A DNA stretch of 64,000 nt, taken from NCBI GenBank assembly GCA_049325335.1, contig JBMOMC010000044.1:128001-192000 (forward strand). The letters are read 5' to 3'. The stretch comes from Nitrospirota bacterium. Its GTDB lineage: Bacteria; Nitrospirota; Nitrospiria; 2-01-FULL-66-17. The notes under the pieces were generated by a model. It was not told the origin of the DNA, searched no databases, and saw only the letters and a program-made list of their open reading frames with translations. Below are positions 21,491 to 32,069 of the stretch, piece after piece; position 1 is the stretch's first letter; every line of letters begins with the position of its first letter. The position numbers and the translations under genes were made by a program.

Positions 21491-21973
21491 CTAGCGGGGT
21501 GCTGCGGCGCGTTCGAGCGCGGCGAGAAACGCGGCCGCGCCGGCGTCCTCCGCCGCCGGAGCCCAGGACGCAAACACGCCCGCGTGTTTGGGCTCGAAGG
21601 GCCCTTCCTTCATTTCCAAAAAGACCGATCCCCGGACCAAACTCACGACGGTGTGCCACGCCCCGGCCGGAATCTCGACGCCGTAGCCGCCCGCCGTCGG
21701 GTCCAGTCGATGGACCTCCGTGATCCGCCCGTCGTCGTCAAACAACACGGCCGCGCCGCGACCGCGCAGGCACACGAACATTTCCCACTTGGGGGGATTG
21801 TGGTGGCGGTGCGGCCGGATGTAACTCCCCGGCTCAATCGCGTTGAGGAACCGTTGAACCGGCTCTTCATGTCGATGGAAATTGTGATTCATCCGCAACC
21901 GCGGGTGACTCGCCGCTTCGTTGCTGACGCGATCCAACAATGCCTCGTCGATACGGCGCGTCGACGCGCTCAC
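21491..21973 (-). CDS. WbuC-family cupin metalloprotein
   Basis: PRLRMNHNFH, QRFLNAIEPGSYIRPHRH, WHTVVSL, EMKEGPF; start approximate. Confidence 0.85.
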   Translation of the reverse strand: MSASTRRIDEALLDRVSNEAASHPRLRMNHNFHRHEEPVQRFLNAIEPGSYIRPHRHHNPPKWEMFVCLRGRGAAVLFDDDGRITEVHRLDPTAGGYGVEIPAGAWHTVVSLVRGSVFLEMKEGPFEPKHAGVFASWAPAAEDAGAAAFLAALERAAAPR

Positions 21974-22388
21974 CAATGTTCCCCGCGCCAAGGGGTCCCC
22001 CACCGACCCGACGTCACCGGGAGAACCACTCGAGGTAATCAATGTGTCCTCACGTTCTGTGGATGACCTGTGGTCAACCATGTGGACGGCCGTATTCCAA
22101 CCGCGGTTTGCGGGCTCGTGAACAGATTGCCCAATTCCTGAACCATTAAACACAAAGCTTTTCAGAGAGTTCAACCTCCGACCGGTTGCGACCCGTTGTA
22201 AATTCCGGGAACCGCGGTGATCATCGCGGCGATCCGTTGCGGGACATCTAGCCCGAACTGTGTTTTCAGGGGTTCTGCCATCGCGCGCGACGCCAGCAGA
22301 GTCCGGCGTCGGACCAGGGGGCCACGGCGCCCTCCACGTATGCCCCCCTTAACCGTTCCTTAATCCGCTGCGTGCTAGATTGGCGACC

Positions 22389-23579
22389 ATGTACCGTCGG
22401 GGGACCGCCTTGGTTGGTGTATTCGCGGGACGCGACATCGAAACCGCCGCTCCCGTTTCTTGCGTGTGGGACGCGGCCGTTATTGGCGGCGGCTTTTTCG
22501 GCTGCCGTCTCGCGCTTGAGCTTAAACGCCAGGGGTACGACCGGGTGGTGGTGCTGGAGCGCGAGGCCGATATCCTCAAACGCGCGTCGTTTGCGAACCA
22601 AGCGCGTGTGCACCGCGGCTACCACTACCCCCGCAGCTTCCTGACCGCGTTGCGCTCGCGGGTCAATGTCCCTCGGTTCGAAGAGGAGTACCGGGACTGC
22701 ATCGATCGTAGCTTCGAGCACTACTACGCGGTGTCTACGATCAGTTCGCTCACGGGGATCAGCGCGGCGCGCTTTCGCACGTTTTGCGATCGGATCGGCG
22801 CGCCGCTGGAGCCCGCGCCCGCCGAGGTACGCCGACTGTTCAATTCCGAGTTGATCGAGGACGTGTTCGCGGTCAGGGAGTACGCGTTCGACGCGGTCAA
22901 ACTCCGTCTGGCGATCCGCCGGCAAATGTCGCGCATGGGCGTGGCGCTGGCCTTGGACACCGACGTGCACACCGTGGGCCGCGCGCCGGACGGCCGCGTC
23001 GACATCGCGTTCGAGCGACTGGGCCGTCCGGGGCAGCTCCTCGCAAACCGGGCGTTCAACTGCGGCTTTGCCCGCGCCAACCGCCTGTTGCATGACTCGG
23101 GGCTGCCCGCGCTCCCCCTTCGGCACGAACTGGCGGAACTCGCGCTCGTCACGCCGCCCGAGGCTCTGGTTCGGCGCGCGATCACCGTAGTCTGCGGCCC
23201 GTTTTTCTCGCTCATGCCCTTTCCCTCGCGGGGCCTGCACTCGCTGAGCCACGTGCGGTATACGCCGCACGCGGCCTGGACGGACGGCCCGGACGGGTTT
23301 CCACCCCCAGCGCGGCTCGGTCGCGCCAGCCGATTCCCGCACATGGTCGCGGACGCGGCCCGGTTCGTCCCGATCATGCGGGAGTGCCGGTACGTGGACT
23401 CGCTTTGGGAGATCAAAACCGGGCTGCCGCAGAGCAAGTCAGACGACAGCAGGCCCATCGTGATCGCGAGCACGCCCGGACTCGCGAACCTCCACACGAT
23501 CGTGGGCGCCAAAATCGACCAGGTCTACGACCTGCTGTCCGAACTCGACTTCCTCGCCAGCTCGGAAAGCCGCGCGTGA
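22389..23579 (+). CDS. FAD-dependent oxidoreductase (D-amino acid oxidase-like fold)
   Basis: VIGGGFFG, ASFANQARVHRGYHYPRS, CGPFFSLMPF; start uncertain. Confidence 0.85.
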   Translation: MYRRGTALVGVFAGRDIETAAPVSCVWDAAVIGGGFFGCRLALELKRQGYDRVVVLEREADILKRASFANQARVHRGYHYPRSFLTALRSRVNVPRFEEEYRDCIDRSFEHYYAVSTISSLTGISAARFRTFCDRIGAPLEPAPAEVRRLFNSELIEDVFAVREYAFDAVKLRLAIRRQMSRMGVALALDTDVHTVGRAPDGRVDIAFERLGRPGQLLANRAFNCGFARANRLLHDSGLPALPLRHELAELALVTPPEALVRRAITVVCGPFFSLMPFPSRGLHSLSHVRYTPHAAWTDGPDGFPPPARLGRASRFPHMVADAARFVPIMRECRYVDSLWEIKTGLPQSKSDDSRPIVIASTPGLANLHTIVGAKIDQVYDLLSELDFLASSESRA

Positions 23580-24580
23580 GCGTAGGACTCGACCCCGTGG
23601 TTTCGGTGGTGGCACCGCTTCACAATGACGCGGGGATCCTCGACGACTTTCTGGCCGAGACGCACGCGGTGCTCCGTCGTCACTTCCGGCACTACGAGAT
23701 CGTGTTCATCGACGACGCGTCCACGGACCACACGGTCGCCGCGGCTTCGGCATTGTTGGACCGGTATGACCAAGTCCGCCTCGTGCGGTTATCCCGCTCG
23801 TTCGGCCGCGAGGTCGCCATCACTGCGGGGCTGGACCTGGCGATCGGCGACGTGGTCGTGGTGATGCTCCCGGACTCGGATCCCCCGGAATTGATCCCCA
23901 CTATGATCCGCCGCTGCGCGGCCGGAGCGGGCGTGGTATTCGGCGTACACGCCCAGCGCGCGGGCGAGTCATGGCCCGTGCGCCTCGGCTCCAGATTGTT
24001 CTATTGGCTGAGCCGTCGCCTGTTCGGGTTGGATCTGCCGAGCCACGCCACGCAATTTCGCGCGCTGAGTCGCCAGGCAGTGCATGCCGTCGCCCAGATC
24101 AAGGACCGTCACCGGTCATTATGGGTCTCCAGCGCGTACATCGGCTATACCCGCGAAAGCCTGCCCTATCGCCCGCGGAGCCGATCCGGCGCCCGTACCG
24201 GACGACGATTTTTTGAAGGCATCGGGCTCGCCTTTTCAGTCATCGCGGGCAACACCACCGTGCCGTTGCGCCTGGCCGGTCGCGCCGCGTTCATGGGCAG
24301 TTTGGTCGGGTTCCTGTGGTTGGGCTCCGTCGCGGGCGCGTGGTTGTTGGCCGGCCGCACGTCGGAGGGATGGACCACCCTGTCGGCGCTGGCCGCGCCG
24401 ATGTTCGCGATGATGCTGGCCGTGTTGGGCGTGGCGTGCGAGTACCTCGCGCGACTGCTGGACGAATCACGCGATCGCCCGCTGTACTACATCCGCGACG
24501 AACGCACCAGTCACATCCTCCTGGATTCCGCGCCGCACCGCAACGTGCTCGTGGACCCGCCGCGGGTGGTGCGCGCATGA
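23576..24580 (+). CDS. GT2 glycosyltransferase with C-terminal TMs (GtrB/ArnC-like)
   Basis: IDDASTD, LSRSFGREVAITAG, two C-terminal TMs, RPLYYI; GTGA overlap. Confidence 0.88.
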   Translation: MSVGLDPVVSVVAPLHNDAGILDDFLAETHAVLRRHFRHYEIVFIDDASTDHTVAAASALLDRYDQVRLVRLSRSFGREVAITAGLDLAIGDVVVVMLPDSDPPELIPTMIRRCAAGAGVVFGVHAQRAGESWPVRLGSRLFYWLSRRLFGLDLPSHATQFRALSRQAVHAVAQIKDRHRSLWVSSAYIGYTRESLPYRPRSRSGARTGRRFFEGIGLAFSVIAGNTTVPLRLAGRAAFMGSLVGFLWLGSVAGAWLLAGRTSEGWTTLSALAAPMFAMMLAVLGVACEYLARLLDESRDRPLYYIRDERTSHILLDSAPHRNVLVDPPRVVRA

Positions 24581-25410
24581 TGCCGACTCCCGACTTCACG
24601 GCCGCGGCTCGGAATACGAACCGCGCACCGGCAAACGTGACCGGGCTCGCCCCCCGCGCATCGCGCTACGCGCTCTGCATTCCGGTGATCAACGAAGGGG
24701 CCCGGCTGCACGCGCAACTCGATCGGATGCGCGCCGTGGCCGCGACCGTAGACATCGTGATCGCGGACGGCGGCAGCACGGACGGATCCACTGATCCGGA
24801 TCGGCTGCGGGGCTTCGGCGTTCGTGCGCTCGTCACCACGCGAGAGCGCGGAGGGCTCAGCGCGCAATTGCGCTCGGCCTTCGCCCACGCGCTCGACGCG
24901 GGGTACGAAGGCATCGCCACCATGGACGGTAACAACAAGGACGATCCCGAAGCCGTGCCGCTGATGCTGCGGGCGCTCGACTTCGGTTTTGATCATGTTC
25001 AGGGGTCGCGGTTCATCCGCGGGGGCCGCGCCGTCAACACTCCGTGGATTCGCCTCGCCGCGATCCGGCTCCTGCACGCCCCCGCCATCAGTCTGGCGGC
25101 CGGCGCCCGGTACACCGACACCACCAACGGCTGTCGCGCGTACAGCCGCCGATTGCTCCTCGATCCGCGCGTGGCCCCGTTACGCCAGACTTTTCAGCGC
25201 TACGAATTGCCGTATTACCTGGCCGTGCGCGCCGCGCAACTGGGCTATCGCGTGATCGAGGTGCCGGTCACGCGTCGGTACCCCAGGCACGGGGTGCCCA
25301 CCAAAATCCGCCCGGTGACCGGGCACCTCGGCATTCTCGCGGCATTATGGGCCGTGTGGCGGCGGCGCTACGACCCAACGGAATCCACGGCCGTCAGGCT
25401 CGCGCGATGA
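24577..25410 (+). CDS. GT2 polyprenol-phosphate glycosyltransferase (DPM1-like)
   Basis: IPVINEG, ADGGSTDGS, MDGNNKDD, QGSRF, TDTTNG; ATGA overlap. Confidence 0.88.
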   Translation: MMPTPDFTAAARNTNRAPANVTGLAPRASRYALCIPVINEGARLHAQLDRMRAVAATVDIVIADGGSTDGSTDPDRLRGFGVRALVTTRERGGLSAQLRSAFAHALDAGYEGIATMDGNNKDDPEAVPLMLRALDFGFDHVQGSRFIRGGRAVNTPWIRLAAIRLLHAPAISLAAGARYTDTTNGCRAYSRRLLLDPRVAPLRQTFQRYELPYYLAVRAAQLGYRVIEVPVTRRYPRHGVPTKIRPVTGHLGILAALWAVWRRRYDPTESTAVRLAR

Positions 25411-26177
25411 CCGTAAGCTTGATCGGCGACACCGGCTTCGTCGGCGGCAACCTTCTGCGGCAAGCCCCGATCAGTGATCGGTACAACTCGCGCACGATCG
25501 AAACCGTGGCGGGCCGCCGATTCGACCTGCTGATCATCGCAGGAGCGCCCGGCGCTAAATGGCGCGCCAACCGGGATCCGGACGTGGACGCCGAGGCGAT
25601 TGCGCGCCTGACCGCCGCGCTCGATCGCGCGAGCGCGCGTTGCGTGGTGTTGATCTCCACCGTGGACGTCTATCCCCATCCCGTCGACGTCGCAGAATCC
25701 AGCGCGTTCGTCCCCGCCGCAGCGTGCGCGTACGGACGCCACCGTTCGGCCTTGGAAGCGTTCGTGACCAGCCGGTTCAACGCCGTGGTGCTCAGACTGC
25801 CGGGCGTGTTCGGCGACGGACTCAAAAAAAACGTGATGTTTGATCTCCTCAACCGCCATCAGCTCGACCGGATCAATCCGGACAGCGTGTATCAGTGGTA
25901 TCCGCTCGACCGCCTGTGGCTTGACGCTCGACTGGCCTTGGCCCGCAGGCTGCGCCTGGTCAACCTGGTCACGGAACCGATCCGCGTCGCGGACCTCGCC
26001 CGAGAGGTGTTCGGGCTCGACCTCGCGGGCTCCGCATTCTCGACCCCGACGGCGCGGTACAACGTGCGCACGGAATTCGATCGCGCGCTGGGCGGACGCA
26101 ACGGCTATCTCACGAACCGGGCCGAGACCTTGCACCGTCTCACGCGCTTCGTGGCGCGCGCGCGGGCGGGCGCGTGA
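25407..26177 (+). CDS. NAD(P)-dependent epimerase/reductase (extended SDR)
   Basis: IGDTGFVG, ISTVDVY, YGRHR; ATGA overlap. Confidence 0.85.
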   Translation: MTVSLIGDTGFVGGNLLRQAPISDRYNSRTIETVAGRRFDLLIIAGAPGAKWRANRDPDVDAEAIARLTAALDRASARCVVLISTVDVYPHPVDVAESSAFVPAAACAYGRHRSALEAFVTSRFNAVVLRLPGVFGDGLKKNVMFDLLNRHQLDRINPDSVYQWYPLDRLWLDARLALARRLRLVNLVTEPIRVADLAREVFGLDLAGSAFSTPTARYNVRTEFDRALGGRNGYLTNRAETLHRLTRFVARARAGA

Positions 26178-26989
26178 AGATCGCCGTCTCCAACATCGCG
26201 TGGCTTCCGGATCAAGAACCGGCCGCGGCCGCGCTGCTTCAGGCCCGAGACGTGCGCGGCGTGGAAATCGCGCCGACCGCGATCTGGCGTGATCCGACCG
26301 CCGCCACAACCGGCGAACGGCGCGCCTATCGCTGCGCATGGGCGCGCCGCGGCATCGCCATCGTCGCGTTCCAAGCCCTGTTGTACGGCCGACCCGACCT
26401 CACGATCTTCGAGAGCCCTTCAGCGCGAGCCGCCACGGTCGAGTATCTCTCGCGTTTGATCCGATTGGCAGACGACCTGGACGCACGCGTGCTGGTGTTC
26501 GGGGCCCCGAGTCAACGACGGATCGCGGGACTGGCCCCGAACGAGGTCGAGGACGTCGCGGCATCCTTTTTCGGCGCGATCGGCCGGGCCGCGATTGAGC
26601 ACGGCGTGCGCGTGTGCATCGAACCGATCCCGGTTGCCTGGGGGGGCGAGTTCGTCACCACGATTCGCGAGGCGATCGACCTGGTCCGCCGCGTGAACAG
26701 CGAGGGATTCGGCGTGCACGTGGACGCGGCCGCGGCAACGGCGGAACCCGACCCCGTCGCGGCCATCCACGCCGCCCGCGGCACGGTCGCCCACGTGCAC
26801 GCGAGCGAGCCCGGACTCGCCTCGATCGGAACCGGCGGCGTGGATCACGGACAGATCGGCGCCGCGCTGCGCGGAATCGGGTACACGGGATGGACGTCGA
26901 TCGAAATGCGCGCCGGCGATCGCGCGGGCGTACTGAAACGCGTGGACGCGGCGCTGCATACCGTTCGCGCCGCGTACGGAACCGAGTGA
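26174..26989 (+). CDS. Sugar-phosphate isomerase/epimerase (xylose isomerase-like TIM barrel)
   Basis: AVSNIAW, GVEIAP, CIEP, HVD, HVHASE, SIEM metal-ligand pattern. Confidence 0.88.
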   Translation: MKIAVSNIAWLPDQEPAAAALLQARDVRGVEIAPTAIWRDPTAATTGERRAYRCAWARRGIAIVAFQALLYGRPDLTIFESPSARAATVEYLSRLIRLADDLDARVLVFGAPSQRRIAGLAPNEVEDVAASFFGAIGRAAIEHGVRVCIEPIPVAWGGEFVTTIREAIDLVRRVNSEGFGVHVDAAAATAEPDPVAAIHAARGTVAHVHASEPGLASIGTGGVDHGQIGAALRGIGYTGWTSIEMRAGDRAGVLKRVDAALHTVRAAYGTE

Positions 26990-29952
26990 GCGGACGACTC
27001 GACGCAATCTGGCTCCCACGATCCGGACCGCGCACGGCCGTTGCGGCCGTTGCAGCCGTGCTCATCGCCGCGGTCGGCGTCATGAGGGCGTGGCCGTCCC
27101 TCGTCGCCATACCCCAACCGTATCCGGATCTCGTGGTCGGGTTCATCGCCGCGACCGACTACCCTAAATCCGCTGAATATCGGGCTGCAGCCGGGTTCTT
27201 CCTGCTGTTCGCCCTCGCCTGGCCGATCGTCACCACCGTGGTCAATCGCGTTCCCGTACGGATGCCGATCCAGCCGCCAACCACGTGGTCGATGACGCCG
27301 CACGGTCTATTGCTGGGCATTGCCGCGTACTCGGCGACGTATGCGCTCCTCACACGCTCCTGGCCGTGGCTGCCTCTTGGAGCCTGGCTGATCCTGCTGA
27401 CGATCTGGCGTGCGCTCACACGACCATCCTCATCATCCCACGACGCGCCGCGGGTATTCGCGGTCCTCATGATATTCCTCATCTGCACCTACTTCTCGAT
27501 CCTCGGCCTATTCGCCGTGCTTGCTGCGGTCAGGCCGGAGTGGTTCGCGGGACGTGAATCCGAGTGCGCGACCGCGGCGCTCATCGGACTGGAATTTAGC
27601 GCGGTCGCGCTCATCATGGCTCATCGCGCGATCACTGTTGACGGCTGGCGAACCATTGCGTTCAGCAGCCAAGCCCTGCTGCCCCTACTGGTCACCGTCC
27701 TGGCGCACGACGCCTATCGGCACCACGGCGTGATCGCCCATTTGAATATGCCGTTCGCCACGCGCGCGGGCGTGCTCACGGCCGCGTTGGCGGGGTGCGC
27801 GAGTCAGATTCTGGCCTGGCGGCGCTCGGCTCCCTGGCGCGAGATCCCATCCGCCGACCGCATCATTCGTCCCGCAAGCGTGGTCTGGATCGCCGCGTTT
27901 TTGGCCTATCGCGTCCCCGAATACAGCGGATTCGAGTGGGACTCGCTTCATCTCGGCGAGTTGCTGCTGCCCTGGCACCAGGCCGTGACCCACGACCTAC
28001 GGCTCTTCGAGGATTTCGTCCCCGTCCAAGGCGGGATGAGTCTGGTATACGGCATGGTCAACGGGCTCTTGTTGGACGGCACGATCTCGTCGTTCCCCAT
28101 CGCCATATCCTGGATGTCGGTCATCGCGGCCGCCCTGGCGGCGTGGGCTGTGTGTATGTTGGCGGGGCCGGCTTGGGGATTGATCCTCGCGCCGTTTCTG
28201 CCCATCGGGTACACCTCGATCATGGTCACGTACAACCGGTTGTTCCTGATGCTGCCGATGGTCGCCGTGCTCGCCCACCCAGCCCTGGTGGCAAAGCCCA
28301 GACGGTGGTTGGCGGTCTGGGCCGTCTTGTCCATCGTCGCGTTGCTCTACAACGTCATCATCGGGTCGGCCTGCGTGGCGGCCTCGGTCGTGATCGCGGG
28401 ATGGATGGCGTGGCGCGCGTATCGGTCCGCCATCGCGGTCGGCGCGCACGGACCCGCGATCACGCGGATTGCCGCTTGGATCCCGGGGCTCGCGCTGGGT
28501 ATCGGAGTCCTCCCGTTTCTAGCGGGCCAGGTTCGTTTCGTGATGGAGAACGCGGCCTCCAACACCACGGCGTATGGATACGGCGCGCTACAATCCGGTC
28601 CCATGCCGGATTGGTTTTGGTGGCCGTCCAAACTCGCCTGGGAATCGATCCGGACCGGAGGATGGGTCATGGGGGTGATCGCCCTGTTCGCCGTCTTCGT
28701 CTATGGATTGGTCCGACGACGCTACTCGAGCCCAACCGACGCCGCGGCACTGGTCTTCCCCGCAATGAGCGTGCTATTTCTCATCAGCCTCATTCCTTAC
28801 AGCCTGGGACAAGTGTGGCCGGATGAGATGAGCCGATCCGGCGCGGCGTCCATGTTGGCCATCGGGAGCCTGGTCCCGGTCGCGCTGATCCTGAGCGCGG
28901 GCCGCGACGCGCGCGTGGCGATCGTGGCGGCCGGACTCATCGGCGCGCTGTTGGGCCTGCGCGGCGCGTTCGGCCAGCCCGATCCGTGGCTCCTGGCCCA
29001 ACGAGCCATGGCCGCGATCGACGCGCCCGACCAAACCATCCGATGGCACGGGGACCCGGCGTTACCCCACATGGGGTCAGGGTTCATTTTACCGACCAAG
29101 CTGGACGCCACGAGGAGCCTTGACGCGGCCATGCGCCAGGTGCTTCGAGACAACGAAACCTATCTGGATCTAACGAACCGTCCGGCGTTTTACGTGGCGC
29201 TCAACCGGCGGGCTCCGGCGCCCTACGTCGCGGATTACAACGCGCCGAACCACGCGATTCAACGCCGCATCATCGCGGCGCTCGAACGCGAGGCGCCGCC
29301 GCTCGCCTGGATCGGCCCGCGTTCATCCGTGTTCACGGCCTCGTTGCGCGCGTACCGCGTCTACCGGTGGTTGATCGAACGCGGGTACCGGTACGTCCGC
29401 ATGAACGGGTACGAGTTCTTGGTTCGTCCGGACCGCGCGGAGGAGCTCGGCCTGCCCCCCGAGTCCGCGGAAGACCGCGCCGCGCTGCGTCGCCTCGTGA
29501 CGCCCGATGACCTCGGTCTGATCCCGGCGGCCTGGGGCCGGACGTTGCAAGACCGCCCGGAACGGTTCCGGTCTCGCAGCGCGGCGTTCACCGTGGCATC
29601 GGTTGATTCGTCGATCCCGCAGGATGATCCCCTACGGGCTTGGACTCTGGATCAACCGATCCGCGGCACGGACGCGGATTTTCTCGCGCTGCGCGTGACG
29701 TGCGGTCGCTCATTACATGAACCATTCGGCGCGCGGGTCTTCTGGTCCTCAACCGAGGACGCGCTCGGGACGGACCGGCCGCTGACCTTCCGCGCGGTGG
29801 GCGGCCGACTCCTTATCCCGTTGGGCATTGACCCGTCGTGGCTGCGTGGCCGGACCATCACGCATCTGGCCCTGCGCCTGGATCGCGACGCGATCGAGCG
29901 GTGCGGAGTCATCCACGTCGATCACCCAACCCTGCTGCGGCTGATCGACTGA
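26986..29952 (+). CDS. Large polytopic membrane protein, probable GT-C fold glycosyltransferase
   Basis: Many TMs, periplasmic DSLHLGE loop, C-terminal soluble domain; GTGA overlap ends the glycan operon. Confidence 0.65.
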   Translation: MSGRLDAIWLPRSGPRTAVAAVAAVLIAAVGVMRAWPSLVAIPQPYPDLVVGFIAATDYPKSAEYRAAAGFFLLFALAWPIVTTVVNRVPVRMPIQPPTTWSMTPHGLLLGIAAYSATYALLTRSWPWLPLGAWLILLTIWRALTRPSSSSHDAPRVFAVLMIFLICTYFSILGLFAVLAAVRPEWFAGRESECATAALIGLEFSAVALIMAHRAITVDGWRTIAFSSQALLPLLVTVLAHDAYRHHGVIAHLNMPFATRAGVLTAALAGCASQILAWRRSAPWREIPSADRIIRPASVVWIAAFLAYRVPEYSGFEWDSLHLGELLLPWHQAVTHDLRLFEDFVPVQGGMSLVYGMVNGLLLDGTISSFPIAISWMSVIAAALAAWAVCMLAGPAWGLILAPFLPIGYTSIMVTYNRLFLMLPMVAVLAHPALVAKPRRWLAVWAVLSIVALLYNVIIGSACVAASVVIAGWMAWRAYRSAIAVGAHGPAITRIAAWIPGLALGIGVLPFLAGQVRFVMENAASNTTAYGYGALQSGPMPDWFWWPSKLAWESIRTGGWVMGVIALFAVFVYGLVRRRYSSPTDAAALVFPAMSVLFLISLIPYSLGQVWPDEMSRSGAASMLAIGSLVPVALILSAGRDARVAIVAAGLIGALLGLRGAFGQPDPWLLAQRAMAAIDAPDQTIRWHGDPALPHMGSGFILPTKLDATRSLDAAMRQVLRDNETYLDLTNRPAFYVALNRRAPAPYVADYNAPNHAIQRRIIAALEREAPPLAWIGPRSSVFTASLRAYRVYRWLIERGYRYVRMNGYEFLVRPDRAEELGLPPESAEDRAALRRLVTPDDLGLIPAAWGRTLQDRPERFRSRSAAFTVASVDSSIPQDDPLRAWTLDQPIRGTDADFLALRVTCGRSLHEPFGARVFWSSTEDALGTDRPLTFRAVGGRLLIPLGIDPSWLRGRTITHLALRLDRDAIERCGVIHVDHPTLLRLID

Positions 29953-29959
29953 GGACGCG

Positions 29960-31399
29960 TTACGGCGCCAATGGGAACCGGACCGTAAACGCGGTGCCCT
30001 TGCCGACCTCGCTGGTCACCGTGATCCGGCCTTGATGCGCCTCGACCAACTCTTTGACGATGCTCAGCCCGAGGCCGAATCCCGCGTGTTCGTCTCCATT
30101 GGTCACGGGCTGAGCGGTGCGGGCCGAGTCCACCCGGTAGAACCGGTCGAACAAATGCGGCAACGCGTCGGACGGAATGCCCACGCCGGTGTCCTCGATC
30201 GTGACCGCGACGTCGGTCCGGTCCGAGTCGACCCGAATCGTGACCCGGCCGCCCTCCCCGGTGTACTTGACCGCGTTGTCGATCAGGTTGGTGAACACCT
30301 CGGTGAGGCCCGTCTCATCGCCCCACGCCGCCACGGCCCGGGGCGCCAGGTGACAGCGCAGGACAATGTCCTTTCGCTTGGCCAACGGCGTCAACAGCGC
30401 CACCGTGGTGCCGATCAAGCGATTGAGATCCACCCGTTCCTTGGTCAACGGAACGCTGCGGTGCTCGAGACGCGAAAGCGTCAACAGGTTATCGATCAAC
30501 GTGGACAACTTCTCCGTGTGGCGCAGGATCGTCCGCAACCGCTCCTTGTACTCCTCCACGGTGCGATCGCGCCGGAGCGGTACCTCGCAGTAACTCTTGA
30601 TCACGCTCACCGGGGTGCGCAGTTCGTGCGACGCGTCCGAGATGAACCGCCGTTGCTGGAGGAACACGGTGTGGATCCGACCCAGCATGGCGTTGAACGC
30701 CGCGGCCAGATCGCGCAACTCGGCGCTGACCCGATCTTCCCCGACTCGTCGATCCAACGTGTGTTCGCTGATCTGGCCGATTTCGTCCGACAGCCGTTGG
30801 ATCGGGCGCAGCGACACGCGCGCGATCAGATAGCCGCCGAACGCGGACAACAAAATGATAAACGGCGCGCTGTACAACATGGTCGTGCGCAGGAGCGCGA
30901 GGAACCCCTCGATGTCCCGGAGGCTCGATCCGGTTGAGACGATGAACACGCGCACGACCTCGGGCCGGCCCAACGGACTCACGGTGACCCGGCGGGCGTG
31001 AACCCGGACGCGGTCCCCGTCGGGCGCCGCGAGGGTGCCGTGGTACGGCTGATACAGCCGGCCGTACGGGATATCGAATGCCCACCCCTCGAGCGAGCGC
31101 GAGCGGGCCAGCACCCGGCCCGCGTCGTCGAAGATCTGGTAGTAGTGACCCGCCCCCTCGTAATCGTAGAGCGTGGGATAGCGCTCCTGGTGCTCCGCGG
31201 GTTCAAAGTGGACCGACCCGTCCGGGAAAATCTCTATGAGCGACGCGAACAACTCCGCACGGGAGTGCAACGCCTCGTCGATCATCGCCAGGGACGCGTC
31301 GCGTTGCCGTTGGTACAGCAACACCTCAAGCGCCCCGAGCCCGCACGACGCGGTCACGATGACCCAGATCACCAACCGGCCAGCGATGGAATTAAGCAC
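29960..31399 (-). CDS. Membrane sensor histidine kinase (CusS/QseC-like)
   Basis: Two TMs, HAMP, DASHELRTP, NLIDNAVKY, DTGVGI, GFGLGL. Confidence 0.93.
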   Translation of the reverse strand: MLNSIAGRLVIWVIVTASCGLGALEVLLYQRQRDASLAMIDEALHSRAELFASLIEIFPDGSVHFEPAEHQERYPTLYDYEGAGHYYQIFDDAGRVLARSRSLEGWAFDIPYGRLYQPYHGTLAAPDGDRVRVHARRVTVSPLGRPEVVRVFIVSTGSSLRDIEGFLALLRTTMLYSAPFIILLSAFGGYLIARVSLRPIQRLSDEIGQISEHTLDRRVGEDRVSAELRDLAAAFNAMLGRIHTVFLQQRRFISDASHELRTPVSVIKSYCEVPLRRDRTVEEYKERLRTILRHTEKLSTLIDNLLTLSRLEHRSVPLTKERVDLNRLIGTTVALLTPLAKRKDIVLRCHLAPRAVAAWGDETGLTEVFTNLIDNAVKYTGEGGRVTIRVDSDRTDVAVTIEDTGVGIPSDALPHLFDRFYRVDSARTAQPVTNGDEHAGFGLGLSIVKELVEAHQGRITVTSEVGKGTAFTVRFPLAP

Positions 31400-32069
31400 G
31401 ACCAGTCCGGAGCATGTACCCGACGCCGCGCACGGTCTGGATGAGCGTCGTCGAGGAGCGCCGGCCGAGCTTCTTGCGCAGCGCGTTGACGTGCACGTCG
31501 ATCACGTTGCTGTCCGAGTCGAACGAGTCGTCGTAGATGTGCTCGATGATCTCGGTGCGGGTCACGGCGCGGTCGTGGCGCCGGACCAGAAACTCCAGGA
31601 GCGCGAACTCCTTGGCCGTGAGCTCCACAAGCTTGCCGCCCACCCGCACGGCGCGCGTGGCCGGATCAATCCGGACGGGCCCGGCTTCCAGCAGCACGCG
31701 GCGGTCCGGGGTGTGCCGGCGCATAATCGTCCGCAACCGCGCCAGCAACTCCCGGAACTCGAATGGCTTGGTTAAATAATCGTCCGCGCCCGTATCCAGA
31801 CCCCGCACCTTGTCCTCAATGGCTCCGCGCGCGGTCAACAACAACACCGGCGTGGCCTTCCCTTCCTTGCGGAGCGACTTGAGCACGCCGAAGCCATCCA
31901 GGCTTGGCAGCATCACATCCAGGATCACCGCGTCGTACGGCACCTCGCGCGCCATATACAGCGCGTCCTCGCCGTCCGCGCACACGTCGACGCTATACCC
32001 CTCCTCCTGCAACCCGTCTCTGGTAATGGCCGCAAGATCCGGTTCGTCCTCGACCAACAACACGCGCAT
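31392..32069 (-). CDS. OmpR-family response regulator
   Basis: LLVEDE, ILDVMLP, GADDYLTKPF, TVRGVGY. Confidence 0.95.
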   Translation of the reverse strand: MRVLLVEDEPDLAAITRDGLQEEGYSVDVCADGEDALYMAREVPYDAVILDVMLPSLDGFGVLKSLRKEGKATPVLLLTARGAIEDKVRGLDTGADDYLTKPFEFRELLARLRTIMRRHTPDRRVLLEAGPVRIDPATRAVRVGGKLVELTAKEFALLEFLVRRHDRAVTRTEIIEHIYDDSFDSDSNVIDVHVNALRKKLGRRSSTTLIQTVRGVGYMLRTGRA

